From NCBI GenBank assembly GCA_032718475.1, contig JAUCBJ010000915.1, positions 1 through 64,000 on the forward strand: DNA of 64,000 nucleotides. The letters are read 5' to 3'. Under the pieces are notes generated by a model. It made no database searches and was not told where the DNA came from. It saw only the letters and a list, made by a program, of their open reading frames with translations. This DNA comes from Nemertoderma westbladi (taxonomy: Eukaryota > Animalia > Xenacoelomorpha). This document shows positions 26,229 through 37,550 of this stretch, piece by piece; positions within the stretch are counted from its first letter, which is position 1; each line of letters starts with the position of its first letter. The translations under genes and the position numbers were made by a program.

Positions 26229-26242
26229 TGGTGACGCGTACT
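26229..26242 (+). promoter_or_regulatory. Putative tRNA primer-binding site
   Basis: TGG (complement of tRNA CCA) + TGAC, partly resembling the tRNA-Trp-type PBS TGGTGACCCCG. Confidence 0.4.
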
Positions 26243-26325
26243 ACAATTACCCGGTCGGGATCTCCGATCCCGTCACAGTCAATAATTTGCCAACTGTGAC
26301 TGCCAGAGACAGTAAAAGAATAAAG

Positions 26326-29300
26326 ATGAGCGACAGAGAGCCCCGATTATCTGAGGGAGAGAGGACGCCTCCGCGGACCCCGGACGATACCAACCAAACG
26401 ATCCGTGAGGCTGTGACGAGACGGTATCGGCCTGCCACGCCGGATTCGCCACGTGGACGATCCGGCTGCCCAAGCGGAGGGCGGCCGTCAACCACGAGGG
26501 AGAGACGAGTCGACGCACGATGGCGGTCGGAGTACCGAAGTCGCCGGCCAGCCACAGGCTGAGGGCGATGGACGGCCCACCGGAACGGCGACGGTGGGGC
26601 CGCCGGTACGACTCCGAACCAGGAGAGGAGGAGTCGGTGAAGAGGACGTCGGGATGAGTGATCGGCTACGACGGGCCTACAACGCCACCAAGAAGTTACT
26701 GAAGGAGGCCAGAGAGGGAGGAAAGGTAGACCAGCCTAAGTTACGACAAAGGCTACGTGAGTCGAACAAACATTTCCGGTATTTAGTCCATTATGGAGCC
26801 TGAAGTAGTGTACGTAGGGCCTTACTTAGTGGATGCTAGGGGAATTGAGTCAGTGGGTTGGGCGGATCCGCACGAGGGCGAACCTGAGGTTAACCCCGAG
26901 GATTCGGTCTCGTCAGTTAGCGAGAACCCAAGAAAGCGGGGGAAAGTTAGTAGGACAGAAAGGCGACGGGAGTCCGTCACGACCGATAAGTCCGCTACAT
27001 CCTCCGCAAAAGCAAGAAGGGTGTTGGAGATAGATCTGGCGTGTCAACTAGACATGGTGGCGCTAGACCAGAAAGAGTTTGAGAGGCAGCTGGAGGAGGG
27101 AACTGCGTTATTAGAGAAAGAGAGAGAGTTAGCGAGGGAATGTAGAGAGAAAGCCGAGAGGGTGGCGAGAAACTATAGAGAGCGGGAAGAGAGAGAGAGA
27201 TAAACGAGCGCGAGGAGCGGGAGGCGAGAATAGAGAAAGAGCGCAAAGAGCGAGAAGCGGAAGAGGCAGCGAGGATAGGGAGGGAAATGAACGAATGTAA
27301 AGTGCGAGAAGCGAGAGAGGTAGAGAGGGCAGAGAGAGAAACGAACGAGCGTAGAGAGCGGGAGGCGAGAGAGATAGAAATGGCGAACCAAAGTTTGCGA
27401 GAGGATAGAGAGAGAGAGAGAGCGGGAAAGCGTATGCGGGATGATATGCATACCCGGTTGAGGGGACTTATGCAATATCAGGCTAAGCAAAGGCGCCGAT
27501 TAGAACTGGCGCAGTTGGGATTATCTGAGAGTGAGGCTGGCTCGGGTAGTATTTACAAGGAGCCAGAAGTAATGGAAACGTTTGTTAATACCCCACTTAC
27601 AGGGACAAAATAATTTAAATAATTTTGATCATAATATTGTTGGTAATGGTGCTATTGATACGAACGCAGGAAACATAGGTGGTCTGACCAGCGAGAGCCT
27701 GCAAGGCCATGTAGTTAGTACGCAGGAAGTAGCGGGGGTGAGTCACCCCGACGGGAGCCTGCAAGGCCACGTAGTTAGATAGGGAGCAATGGGGGTGAGT
27801 CAACCCGACGGGAGCCTGCAAGGTCACGCAGTGGTAGAGGGAGAGGTGGGGGCGAATAGACCCACCCACAGTAGAGACAACGCGTCGACTAGAGAGGGGC
27901 GTAGAAGCGAACTACGAGGTAGTGAAGTAATAGGTGGCGAGTGGGGGGGGGGGGGGGGGCTACGGGCGCCCCACGACGAGAGATTAGTTCCGAGAGGGGG
28001 GGGGGGGTAGAGAATGCCGCACAAGCGTTGGCGGATAATGCACGGGGCGAGTTAGGTGAACCGCGGCACCCGACGACGGAGAATAGTAGGGGGATTATGA
28101 ATATCCCCAGCAGCGTCCAACCGGCTAGAGAGAGAGAGGTTGGCACCATGAGCGGGCGAGCGACAAGACGTCGAGCCCAGTCGGAAGACATAAGAAGAAC
28201 AGTGGAGTTTAACCGGGAGGTCGAAGAGAGATCTCGTGAGCTGGAATGCTACACTGAAGAGAGAAGGAGTGAAGAGAATAGGAGAAGCGTTGCTACGAGC
28301 AACCGGAGAGCGAGGACGGACAGCGAACCGTCGGTAGTAGAGATGGAGTTAGAGAGTCAGTGGTATCAAACTCCGGGAGATTGCCGTCGCCCCGGAGAGA
28401 CGCAAGCCTGGCGAGATATACCAAATGCCGGGAGAAGGGTACAGGATGTACCAGTACGAGGACGAGAACAGGAGAGGGGATCGAAGAGAAACTTACCGAC
28501 GGGATGTAGCTGCCGATCGAGAGTACGGTAGTCGCAGGGAGGACTTCTTGGAATATTCGAGAAGATTAAACTTTGGTCCGGAAGGACACAGGCAGACTGC
28601 AGGACATACTGTAGGCCTTACTGCACATACTATAGGCCATGCTGGGAAGAGATAGTGTAGGCGATAGGGCAGCGCGGACACGGGATTACACCGGAATCGC
28701 GGTAGATACCGGTAGTAGGCAGAGTGGATAGGCCTATACCGGTACCTGCACACCAGTATGACTATAATATGCAGGGATATAACATATACCCAGGGGAGGG
28801 GGGGGGTTATTGCCGATAGGTGTATGGGCCCCAATATATTAACATCAACCCCAGTACCAAACATAACACCGGTGGGGGGGGGGGGGGGGGGGGGGCAGGG
28901 TGACATTCCCCCATTACAATATCAGCAACACACTCAACCGAGAACAAGAACTTCAAACCCCCTGGACCAGAAAGATGTGCGAACGGAGATATGGAGGGGG
29001 CCGTTACCCCCAATGATATATCCGACACAGAAAAAATCAACAGGCCCGACGGGCAGACCGCACCCAACAGGAGAGTCTGTACAGCATCCCTCGAACCCAT
29101 TGGAAGCACAGGCGATGGGAATGGCAACACTTATCGATGCGCTCAAGACCAGGATCGAGCTACCACCAGTTGAGCCATTTAAATTCGACGGAAGCAGACC
29201 GGAAGAATACCTGCAATTCCGACGCATGTACAGCAACGAAATATTAACTAAGAATCTGACGCAGGCGGAGTGCCTAAAATATTTACAGGTATACACAGGA

Positions 29301-32300
29301 GGCCCAGCGTACGACATCGTGAGGCAGTATCAAGGTATCGAGGGTGGCTTCACGACTGCATGGCGGGCCCTAGACAGGGAATACGGACACCCTGCCAAGA
29401 TCATCCGGCAGACCTTGAGGGGAATAACATTGGGTGGCCTACAGGATAACCCTGTTAGTATAAAGACTTTCGCGAACAAGGTCGAGAAGGCGCTCATCGT
29501 GCTAAAGACGCTGGATGCGCCATACGAACTCAACGCATCGAATAACATCACCACGATAGCGCAGGCACTGCCGATCTAGCTGCGGAACAAATGGAGGAAG
29601 ATCGCCTTCTCCACCCGGGAGAAGAAAGGTGCGGAACCGGGCCTAGAGGAAATGTCGAACTTCCTCATTCACGAAGCAGAATTAATCACGGACCCAGTCT
29701 ACAGCGAGGATAGTCTGGGGAAGGCGCCGAGGGCCGAATACAACAGGCCGAAACCAGAGCATAATGCGGCGAATGCATTACCAAAGCTTAGACAATCACT
29801 GCCATACGCTGCGACGCAGGGGACTGCTAGTCCACATATAGCCGGGGGTAGGGCCACACCATGGCATGGACAGGGGCAAAATAACAACACAAATAAATAC
29901 AACCCCAACACGCCCAGTAGGCCAAACCCAAACAATAAGAACAGTAGGGAACTAGGCATGAACGTAAGTGCGATACGCAGCGCACTGTATAGGGACGGCT
30001 ATAATCCGAGACACAAATGCCAATTACATTCGAACGCACTTCATCAGACCATGAACTGCAGGTACTGGCAAGCGTTACCCAAACAAGATCAGATAGAATA
30101 CGCGAGGAAGAGTGGAATCTGTCATCGATGTGTGGTGGGCGGACACAAGGCTGAGCAATGCAAAGAAACACCAATTAAGTTCGGTCAAGGCAAAGGGCAG
30201 ACGATGGCGACAAGCACCGTAGGTGCGAAGAAAAGGGGAACGGTACTACTCGGGGTAGTACCAGTGAGGGTAATAGGAGAAGGCGGTCGATCAGTTACCA
30301 CGTTGATGCTGGTCGACAGCGGAGCAGCCTTCACATTGGTGGAGAATTGGGTGGCCGAGGAGATAGGGTTACAGACGAGGCCAAGCAGGATGGCGGTGAC
30401 TACTATCTCCAGCAAGGATGAGGTCCTGGAGATGAGGACGGGAAGGTGCGAGATATTCAGCAATAGCACCGGGATGTGACTATGGGGCGACCATCGACCC
30501 CATCCAGGTAATAGAATCGATCAACATAAACGCCAGGCGACCAACTAACATCGAGGTCAAGCAATATAGATTCCTGGACGAAATCGATTTCTCGATACCG
30601 GAGGTGGACATCCGGAAGGTATCCATCATAGTGGGAATGGACTGCCCGACGGCCCACGAGAGAGTACAGACGATCTTTGGGGAGGACAAACAGCGTGATC
30701 CGATGGCAGTTTTCACACCATTCGGATGGACACTAAGCGGCCCAATCAAAACCAAAATTCCGTTTAGGATGTCGGAGACATCGGGGTGCATGTTCGCAGG
30801 AACCATGAGGGAGATGGAAGATGAAGGAGCAGAAGAGCAGCTTAGGAGACTGTTAAGACAGGACCTCGAGGGATTAAAGGAGGCCGGGGTCGGAACCTCG
30901 GTAGAGGATAAACAGGCAATAGAGAGTGTGAAGGAGTCAATGAGGTGCGACGAGGGACGGTACACCATAGGCATGGTGTGGAAACAACCGAAATTACCGT
31001 TGCCTGACAATAAGGGGATGGTACTCATGAGGCTTCGCAAACTGAAGCAAACGCTCAAACGGAGCCCCGAGAAGGATGAGTACATCCATAGGACAATAAA
31101 GAAGTATGTCGAGAAGGGATGGGCCGTGGAGTTGCCGGTCGACGAACTGAACAGGGACAGGACCTACTACCTGCCACTTCATGTGGCTTTAGACCCAAAG
31201 AAGGGTAAACTGCGGATGGTGGTTGACGCATCGGCTAAAACCAATGGCAAGAGCCTAAATCGACTATCTGCTGGAGGGCCCCAATATCTACAACTCGGGG
31301 ATAGAGGTCTTGTTGAGATTTAGAAATGGGAGGCACGCCTTCACGTGCGACATCGAAGGCATGTTCAACCGAGTCCGTGTGACGGAGGAGGACAGCGACA
31401 GCCAGCGCTTCCTATGGTACAACGGCGACGAGGAACCGTCGGCGATACCGATGTATAAAATGGTGGTGCAGAACATGGGGGCCAAGTCTGTCCTCATTTA
31501 CGACGACTATGGCTGTAAGAGATACGGTAGAGGGGAAAGAGGGGAAGTATAGTGCCGGAGCGATCGACATGATTCGACGCGGATTCTATGTAGACGACGG
31601 GATGAAATCTGGGAATACGGTTGAGAAATACTGGAGACAGGGCGCGAGGTTCGCGACATCCTGAAGAGGATCCGGATTCAACCTGACTAAGTTCCAATCC
31701 AGCTCAGAGGAGTTCATGAGAGCCATAGAAGACAGGCGGCCAGAGTCGACCATGGACAACCCCACAACAGCCAAGGGACAGGACATGGCGAACAAGAGAG
31801 TGGAGTCTCAGCAGAAGGCGCTGGGGATCATGTGGAACTGGGAGACGGACGAGTTCAAGTATCAACTGAGCCAGGAGGGCGCGGAGATCCACACAAAGAG
31901 AGGCTATGTATCGTACATAGCAAGGATATACGATCCCTTAGGCCTAGCATCCCCATTGTTAGTCACGGGGAAGCAGATACTAAAGAAAGTATATAAGCTG
32001 AAGGACGAGTGGGATACGGAGGTCCCGGAAGAAATAAGCAAACAATGGAGTAAGTGGACGGGGAGTTTAGAACAGATGGGGACATACAGCATGCCACGTG
32101 TGTATTTCCCAGACGGGGACATGACGGATCTGGACCTACACATGTTCTCCGATGCATCATTGGAAGCATACGGAGCGGCACTCTACCTGGTACAGCGAAA
32201 GGGGGCTCATAAGCCCAGACTTGCATTCAGTAAAGCAAAGTCGACGCCACCAGATTCAGCGTCAGTCCCGAAACTCGAGTTGACAGCAGCGAGGTTAGGA

Positions 32301-34200
32301 GTAAGGGCCACAGCCTACTTAATGGACGCTATACGCAACATAGTGGAGACACACTACTGGACGGACTCCATGGTAGTGCTGGGGTGGCTGCATAACGAGA
32401 AGACGAGATACCCTATATTGCGGTGGACGAAATAAGGGCGACGACGATTAGAAAGTGGCATTACTGCCCTACCGACGACAACCGCAGATTTGTTATCAAG
32501 GGGCGTGGCACGCCACACTTTCTCAAAGAAGGAAGTGTTGTGGCAACACGGGCCACACTTCCTGAATGATAGATTAGCCTGGCCACCAATGAGGAAGGTG
32601 GACCCGGGCTCAGAGGAAGTAGCACCAGAAGGAGAGGGAGAAGATTCAGAAGGAGAAGAGATATATAGTCAGATGGTGAGGGAGGTCAAGGAGGTGCCAC
32701 CGAAATCAGAAGAGCCATGCGACAACCCGACGGATAGGTTACTCAGCTACAGCTCCAGCTGGTATAAGACCAAGAAGTTGGTAGCGTACTGGAGGGCCTA
32801 CGGGGATTTCCTTAAGGGAGTTGGCAAGGATGCCAAGGGGAAACCAAATATCGATCTGGAGGGAGCGGCCAAAGCCGTAATACGGTACGAGCAGAGAAAG
32901 AACTACGCGGACGAAGTGGATAGAGTTAGCAAGCAACAACATCTTCGTCGAGACAGCGAGCTCAACATGCTGTCCCCACAGCTAAGCGATGACGGGATTC
33001 TGGTGATGAACTCCAGAGTGCTGAACAACAACAGCCTAATCATCCCACCAAAACCCATAATCATTCCCAACAAATCGCCGATAGTCCACCAGATCATTTG
33101 GGACTCCCATAAGTCGATATTACATGGTGGCACCAATCAGACTCTCACAGAAATACGGAGGACATTTTGGATCACACAGTTAAGGAAGAAGGTGAAGGCG
33201 GTAGTGAGGCAGTGCCAGACCTGCCGACGGACGAGAAAGGAGAGGGCCGTGCAGGAGATGGCGCCATTACCGGCCAATAGAGTGAGACAACACGACCCGC
33301 CATTCACGCACTGCGGCATAGACATGTTCGGGCCGATTAAGATTAAGGTGATGCGACACACGGAGAAACGCTACGGCATCATCTTCGTATGTAACAACAC
33401 GAGGGCGATAGGAATAGAACTTGCCCAGGACGCTACGGCATCGGCATTCATTAATGCCTTAGAGAGATTTAGAGACCGCAAAGGAGGAACAATAGCGGTG
33501 ATTTATTCCGACAATGGGACCAACTTCGTGGGAGCGGAGAACGAGTTGGCAGAGGCCTTTGACATCCTAGAGGGAGACGATGTCAGGGCGGCTATGAGGA
33601 GGTGGCAAGTGAAATGGGAAAGGAGGACGCCGTATGCGCCACATACCCTAGGATGTGTAGAGAGACTTGTGGGTAGTTCTAAGCATCTCATGACGAAGTT
33701 GATGAACACCCACATGGTCACAGAGGACATACTAAGAACGGTGCTAGCTAAGTGCGAGGGAATCATCAATAGCAGACCGCTATATCCGGAGAATGACGAC
33801 CCAGAATCACTGACGTGCTAACACCGGGACACTTTCTGATGGAGAGGCCGGCGACCATCGACATGCGGAGTGTAGACCCAGATGACATACACTCCCGACA
33901 GAGTTGGAAAGTCGCCAAGGCGATAAGCGCCGAGTATTGGAGGAGGTGGGTCGAGGAATACCTACCCACATTACACAGGAGGAGTAAGTGGAGAAACACC
34001 ACTAGGGAGTTGAAGAAAGGTGACTTGGTGATCGTCACTGACGACACAATCATCAATAACCAGTGGAGGCTAGCGAGAGTGGTAGACACTTACCCCGACG
34101 AGGACGGAAGAGTCCGATCGGTGGAAGTGCTGATAGGGGTAAGATAGGAGCAAAGGACAGAAAGACCTACAGGAGGGCTGTAGGAAAGTGCTGCCTTCTA
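26326..34200 (+). mobile_element. Bel/Pao LTR retrotransposon gag-pol (Bel-2); complete domain set broken by frameshifts and stops
   Basis: Gag PFKFDGSRPEEYLQF..YLQVYTGG..LDREYG; knuckle CHRCVVGGHKAEQC; PR LVDSGAAFTLV; RT YYLPLH..KLRMVVDASA..SLN, LRFR..CDIEGMF..QRFLW and FYVDDG (31584-31601); RH FSDASLEAYG, PKLEL, WTDSMVVLGW; IN H..ILHGG..CQTC, GIDMFGP, SDNGTNF, ERLV; DUF5641-type WRRWVEEYL..WRLARV..DGRVRSV. Confidence 0.95.
27693..27835 (+). repeat. Three ~57-60 bp repeats inside Bel-2 gag (SLQGH[V/A]V)
   Basis: GAGCCTGCAAGG(C/T)CA(T/C)G three times. Confidence 0.75.
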
Positions 34201-34381
34201 GAAGGGGCACCATAGAGTTTAGTCGTCCAAGTGTTGGACTGAGGGGGGTGGGATTGAGGGCGAGACGCCCTTCCCGCATAAATATAAAAAATAAATAATA
34301 AATAAAATAAAATTAAAAGAAGTGAAATAAATAAAAGGTTAGAAAGAGAAAGTAATGTAGATAGTACGTAGTAGTAAGTAA

Positions 34382-34885
34382 GTAGGTAGTTAGAGGTATA
34401 GGGAGTGTGGTATATAGGCATACCACGGGAGTAAGAGGATACATAGTACCGTTAGAAGGTAGTTAGAGGTATAGGGAGTGTGGTATATAGGCATACCACA
34501 GGAGTAAGAGGGTACATAGTACCGTTGGTAGTTAGAGGTATAGGGAGTGTGGTATATAGGCATACCACAGGACTAAGAGGGTACATAGTACCGTTAGTAG
34601 GTAGTTAGAGGTATAGAGAGTGTGGTATATAGGCATACCACAGGAGTAAGAGGGTACATAGTACCGTTAGTAGGTAGTTAGAAGTATAGGGAGTGTGGTA
34701 TACAAACATACCACGGGAGTAAGAGGGTACATAGTACCGTTAGTAGGTAGTTAGAGGTATAGGGAGTGTGGTATACAAACATACCACGGGAGTAAGAGGG
34801 TACATAGTACCGTTAGAGTTAGAAGTATAGGGAGTGTGGTATATAAACATACCATGGGAGTAAGATGGTACATAGTACCATTAGA
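34382..34885 (+). repeat. 7-unit ~73-bp tandem array, each unit with two short stem-loops
   Basis: Units start at ~34385, 34458, 34527, 34600, 34673, 34746 and 34816; they contain GTGGTAT-N6-ATACCAC and GGTAC-ATA-GTACC. Confidence 0.9.
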
Positions 34886-34960
34886 GTTGGTAAAGTTAGT
34901 AGAGTTAGTAGAGTTAGTAGAGTTAGTAGAGTCAGTAGAGTTAGTAGAGTTAGTAGTAAG
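34886..34960 (+). repeat. 9-bp minisatellite (GTTAGTAGA)n
   Basis: Direct reading. Confidence 0.85.
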
Positions 34961-35507
34961 AGAGTAAAGAGTATGATATATAAATATATCATAGGAGTAG
35001 TAGTGATAGGGTACGTAGTACCGTAGAGGTTGTGGGCATAGAAAGCGCCACAAAAGTGACAGGGGGGCACGTGGGTACACCAGGATAAACCGTGTAGGCC
35101 GCACAAGATAGACTATTGTACTGCACAGCCCATAGAGTAAGTTAGAATGTTTGATACAGGGCCAGGAGGCTACCTGGTGCAGACTAGCACAGTAGAGTAT
35201 AGCTAGTCTACTCTGTATGCAAACTATAGGGGTTATCTAGGTAGAAATAACCCACTATGAGCGATAATAGCACATTAATAAAAATAAAAATAGTATTAAA
35301 ATAAAATTCTAACAAATTATGGTAACAGTAGGCGGAAAATTCTAGAACATAATAAAAGTAACTGACAAATTTGGGGAATTTAGGAAAATTAGCACTTTGG
35401 GGGGCACATAGGTCAAAATATAGTACAAATTTAGTGTTCTGAGAGAGATGGGCCATTACTGAACTAATACAGATCATTATAATAAACGTCACTCATCTAC
35501 TTGAGCC

Positions 35508-37244
35508 TTGGCAAGGCACCACCAAGCAGGTGAGCGAGCGAGGAAGTTCGTAATGGCGGAGAGACTTGTCAGGAAGAGAAAGATGGAAAGAAGTGGAAAG
35601 GAGATACTAGTAGACTTCACGCAAAGGCATCAGGAGGAGAAGACGAGGGGATACTACGAGCCGTTAGCAAAGGGTCACAAAGCGCGGGCGCTGCAGGACC
35701 ACTTCAGGGAGATGCACGAGAGGCGACTGGTCGGTACCTACATGACACCGTCACTAGACAATGCGATCCTCGAGCATTTTCACTACGTAGTAAAGGGAAA
35801 CGAAGCGAAGTTCAAGATACCGAAGTACCCGAGAGAACCACCAAGAATGGACTGGCGGCGGTTCGTAGAGTCCATAAACAGGGGAGGATACATGGTCCTA
35901 GACGACGAAGGGACTGTGGAGGACAAAGAGGGTTCGAGAAGAGGGTCGGCGGGGTCGGCCAGAACCATACTACTGCATTTGGCTGCACCAAATGGAGACA
36001 TATTCCTATTCGATCTAGGAACGTATGGGAAGAAGAGCAGGCTGAAATTAAACCGGTTGCCAGGGGTGGTGCAGAACCTAGTAAGGGAGAAGTCAACGAT
36101 GAAGGTGGGATCGGCGATCCGCAACGATGCGGAGAGGATCGTCGGACCGGAGACCCCCAACCTCCTGGACATGCAAGCGGTCTACAGAGCCATGACAGGG
36201 CCAGACGGGTTGGGATTGGTAGAGAAGACAGGACATTGCGGAGCAGTGGCGAAGGGCCAGCTCATGGGGCTCGTCTGCCATAAGCCGATGGTCTGGGGTA
36301 AGTTCCGAGAGGAGTACGGAGCAGAGATGGCGAACTTGTTGAAGTGGGGAGCGAGGCCAGGGAAACAGGAGGTGTATCAGTTCCAGAGAGGAGCGATAAA
36401 GATATATCAGAAGCGAAATATCCTACAGGAGGATTGGATAATGATAGGTCTATTAAACCTATTCATTGCCGTGGTTATCGGAAGAGAGCCAACGGCGTTT
36501 CTGCTATCAGGATCACCCCTGAACTACAGAAGAGCCTTCAAGGTGGCCTTCGAAGGTCTGGCAGACCACCCGGGGCTGAAGGGCGAGTCGGTATACTACA
36601 ACTGCCGGCATCTAGTAGACAGGGAGGTGGATACACCATATCAGAGGTGGGAGAATCTGGAGGCGGATAGACTGGAGGAGAAGCGACTGGAAGAAGTCGC
36701 CAGACGAGAAAGGAAGGAGGCAGACGAAAGAGAGGCGGAAGCTAGAGGAGAGGACTATGGGTTCGAGGCCCAGAACTTGGACAAGCTGAGGTGGGGATCA
36801 GGGAGCTCGGGCGAGTTTCTGGGGGAGGAGCTAGGATGGACGGAAGAATTGCCGAAACAGTCGACATCAGGATTGCAAGCGATGCCCATGCCAACGAGCT
36901 CTGAGGGCGATTTCATGAGGAAGAGACCGAGAGAACAGGAAGGATGGAAAGTTACTGGCAAAAGCCAAGGTGGGAAGGGACACAGTGGGTCTGCCGGGAT
37001 ACCGGGTCTGGATCCACTCCCAGCGGGGGATGAGGATGACGACGAGTTCAGGGAGATGCCGCCCATCGAGAGCATCGGCCACTCAGACACGGACTGGGTT
37101 GGCGGGAGAGTGGTGACGGCCAGCGGGGCAAGGGCCTTCAAGGATAAACCCGGCAAGCAGATCTGGGTGCACGAGGAGCCGGCGATGGATTTCGCGGGAG
37201 CACCATCACGTTGGGCGAGCAACCGGGAACGGCACCATGGGTAG
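35508..37244 (+). CDS. Extra ORF of Bel-2 with DEDDy/RNase D-WRN-like 3'-5' exonuclease domain (first ATG 35553)
   Basis: ExoI YMVLDDEG (35889-35912); ILLHLAAPNGDIFLFDL; LPGVVQNLVREKSTMKVGSAIRNDAERI (ExoII); LLDMQAVY; ExoIII-position IYQKRNILQED; then coiled-coil and disordered tail. Same purine-rich composition as pol. Confidence 0.72.
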   Translation: MARHHQAGERARKFVMAERLVRKRKMERSGKEILVDFTQRHQEEKTRGYYEPLAKGHKARALQDHFREMHERRLVGTYMTPSLDNAILEHFHYVVKGNEAKFKIPKYPREPPRMDWRRFVESINRGGYMVLDDEGTVEDKEGSRRGSAGSARTILLHLAAPNGDIFLFDLGTYGKKSRLKLNRLPGVVQNLVREKSTMKVGSAIRNDAERIVGPETPNLLDMQAVYRAMTGPDGLGLVEKTGHCGAVAKGQLMGLVCHKPMVWGKFREEYGAEMANLLKWGARPGKQEVYQFQRGAIKIYQKRNILQEDWIMIGLLNLFIAVVIGREPTAFLLSGSPLNYRRAFKVAFEGLADHPGLKGESVYYNCRHLVDREVDTPYQRWENLEADRLEEKRLEEVARRERKEADEREAEARGEDYGFEAQNLDKLRWGSGSSGEFLGEELGWTEELPKQSTSGLQAMPMPTSSEGDFMRKRPREQEGWKVTGKSQGGKGHSGSAGIPGLDPLPAGDEDDDEFREMPPIESIGHSDTDWVGGRVVTASGARAFKDKPGKQIWVHEEPAMDFAGAPSRWASNRERHHG

Positions 37245-37550
37245 TGTTTGGAGAGACGATGCTGAGGCGGGACAAGGACGTAGACATGGACAGAGACTTT
37301 AACGTCCAGAAGTTTGCTTACCAACGGCTCCATAGACCTAGGAGACTGCTCGGGGCAAAAGACGACTTGGGGCGGGATGTGTTGAAACACGGCTGCGATT
37401 ACTGCGGGAGGCTTACTCACCAGGAAAAGCGCTGTTTGTATCACTTCCAGAAGGGGACGAGTTGCCTCTACTGCCGCGAGTTGAGTCATAGGATGGGGGT
37501 GTGTCCGAGGTTGAACAACCGCTGTTCTAAGTGTAACTTCCGAGGGCACT
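37211..37550 (+). CDS. Frameshifted C-terminal continuation of the extra ORF with three zinc-knuckle-like motifs; truncated
   Basis: CDYCGRLTHQEKRC, CLYCRELSHRMGVC and CSKCNFRGH; composition switches to AT-rich after ~37550. Confidence 0.7.

Noticed and set aside
29577-29579. Programmed readthrough at the in-frame TAG in Bel-2 gag
   Set aside because: Lies within the gag core rather than at a gag-pol boundary; the element has many other lesions, so a nonsense mutation is simpler
34382-34885. 73-bp hairpin array as CRISPR
   Set aside because: Units are near-identical along their whole length, with no unique spacers
35508-37244. Extra ORF as env
   Set aside because: No signal peptide, no Cys-rich ectodomain and no C-terminal TM anchor; exonuclease motifs instead
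26247-37549. Antisense ORFs over Bel-2 (e.g. 30480-31085, 36755-37549) and 583-948 over the FERM exon
   Set aside because: Shadow frames of GC-rich coding sequence, with no motifs
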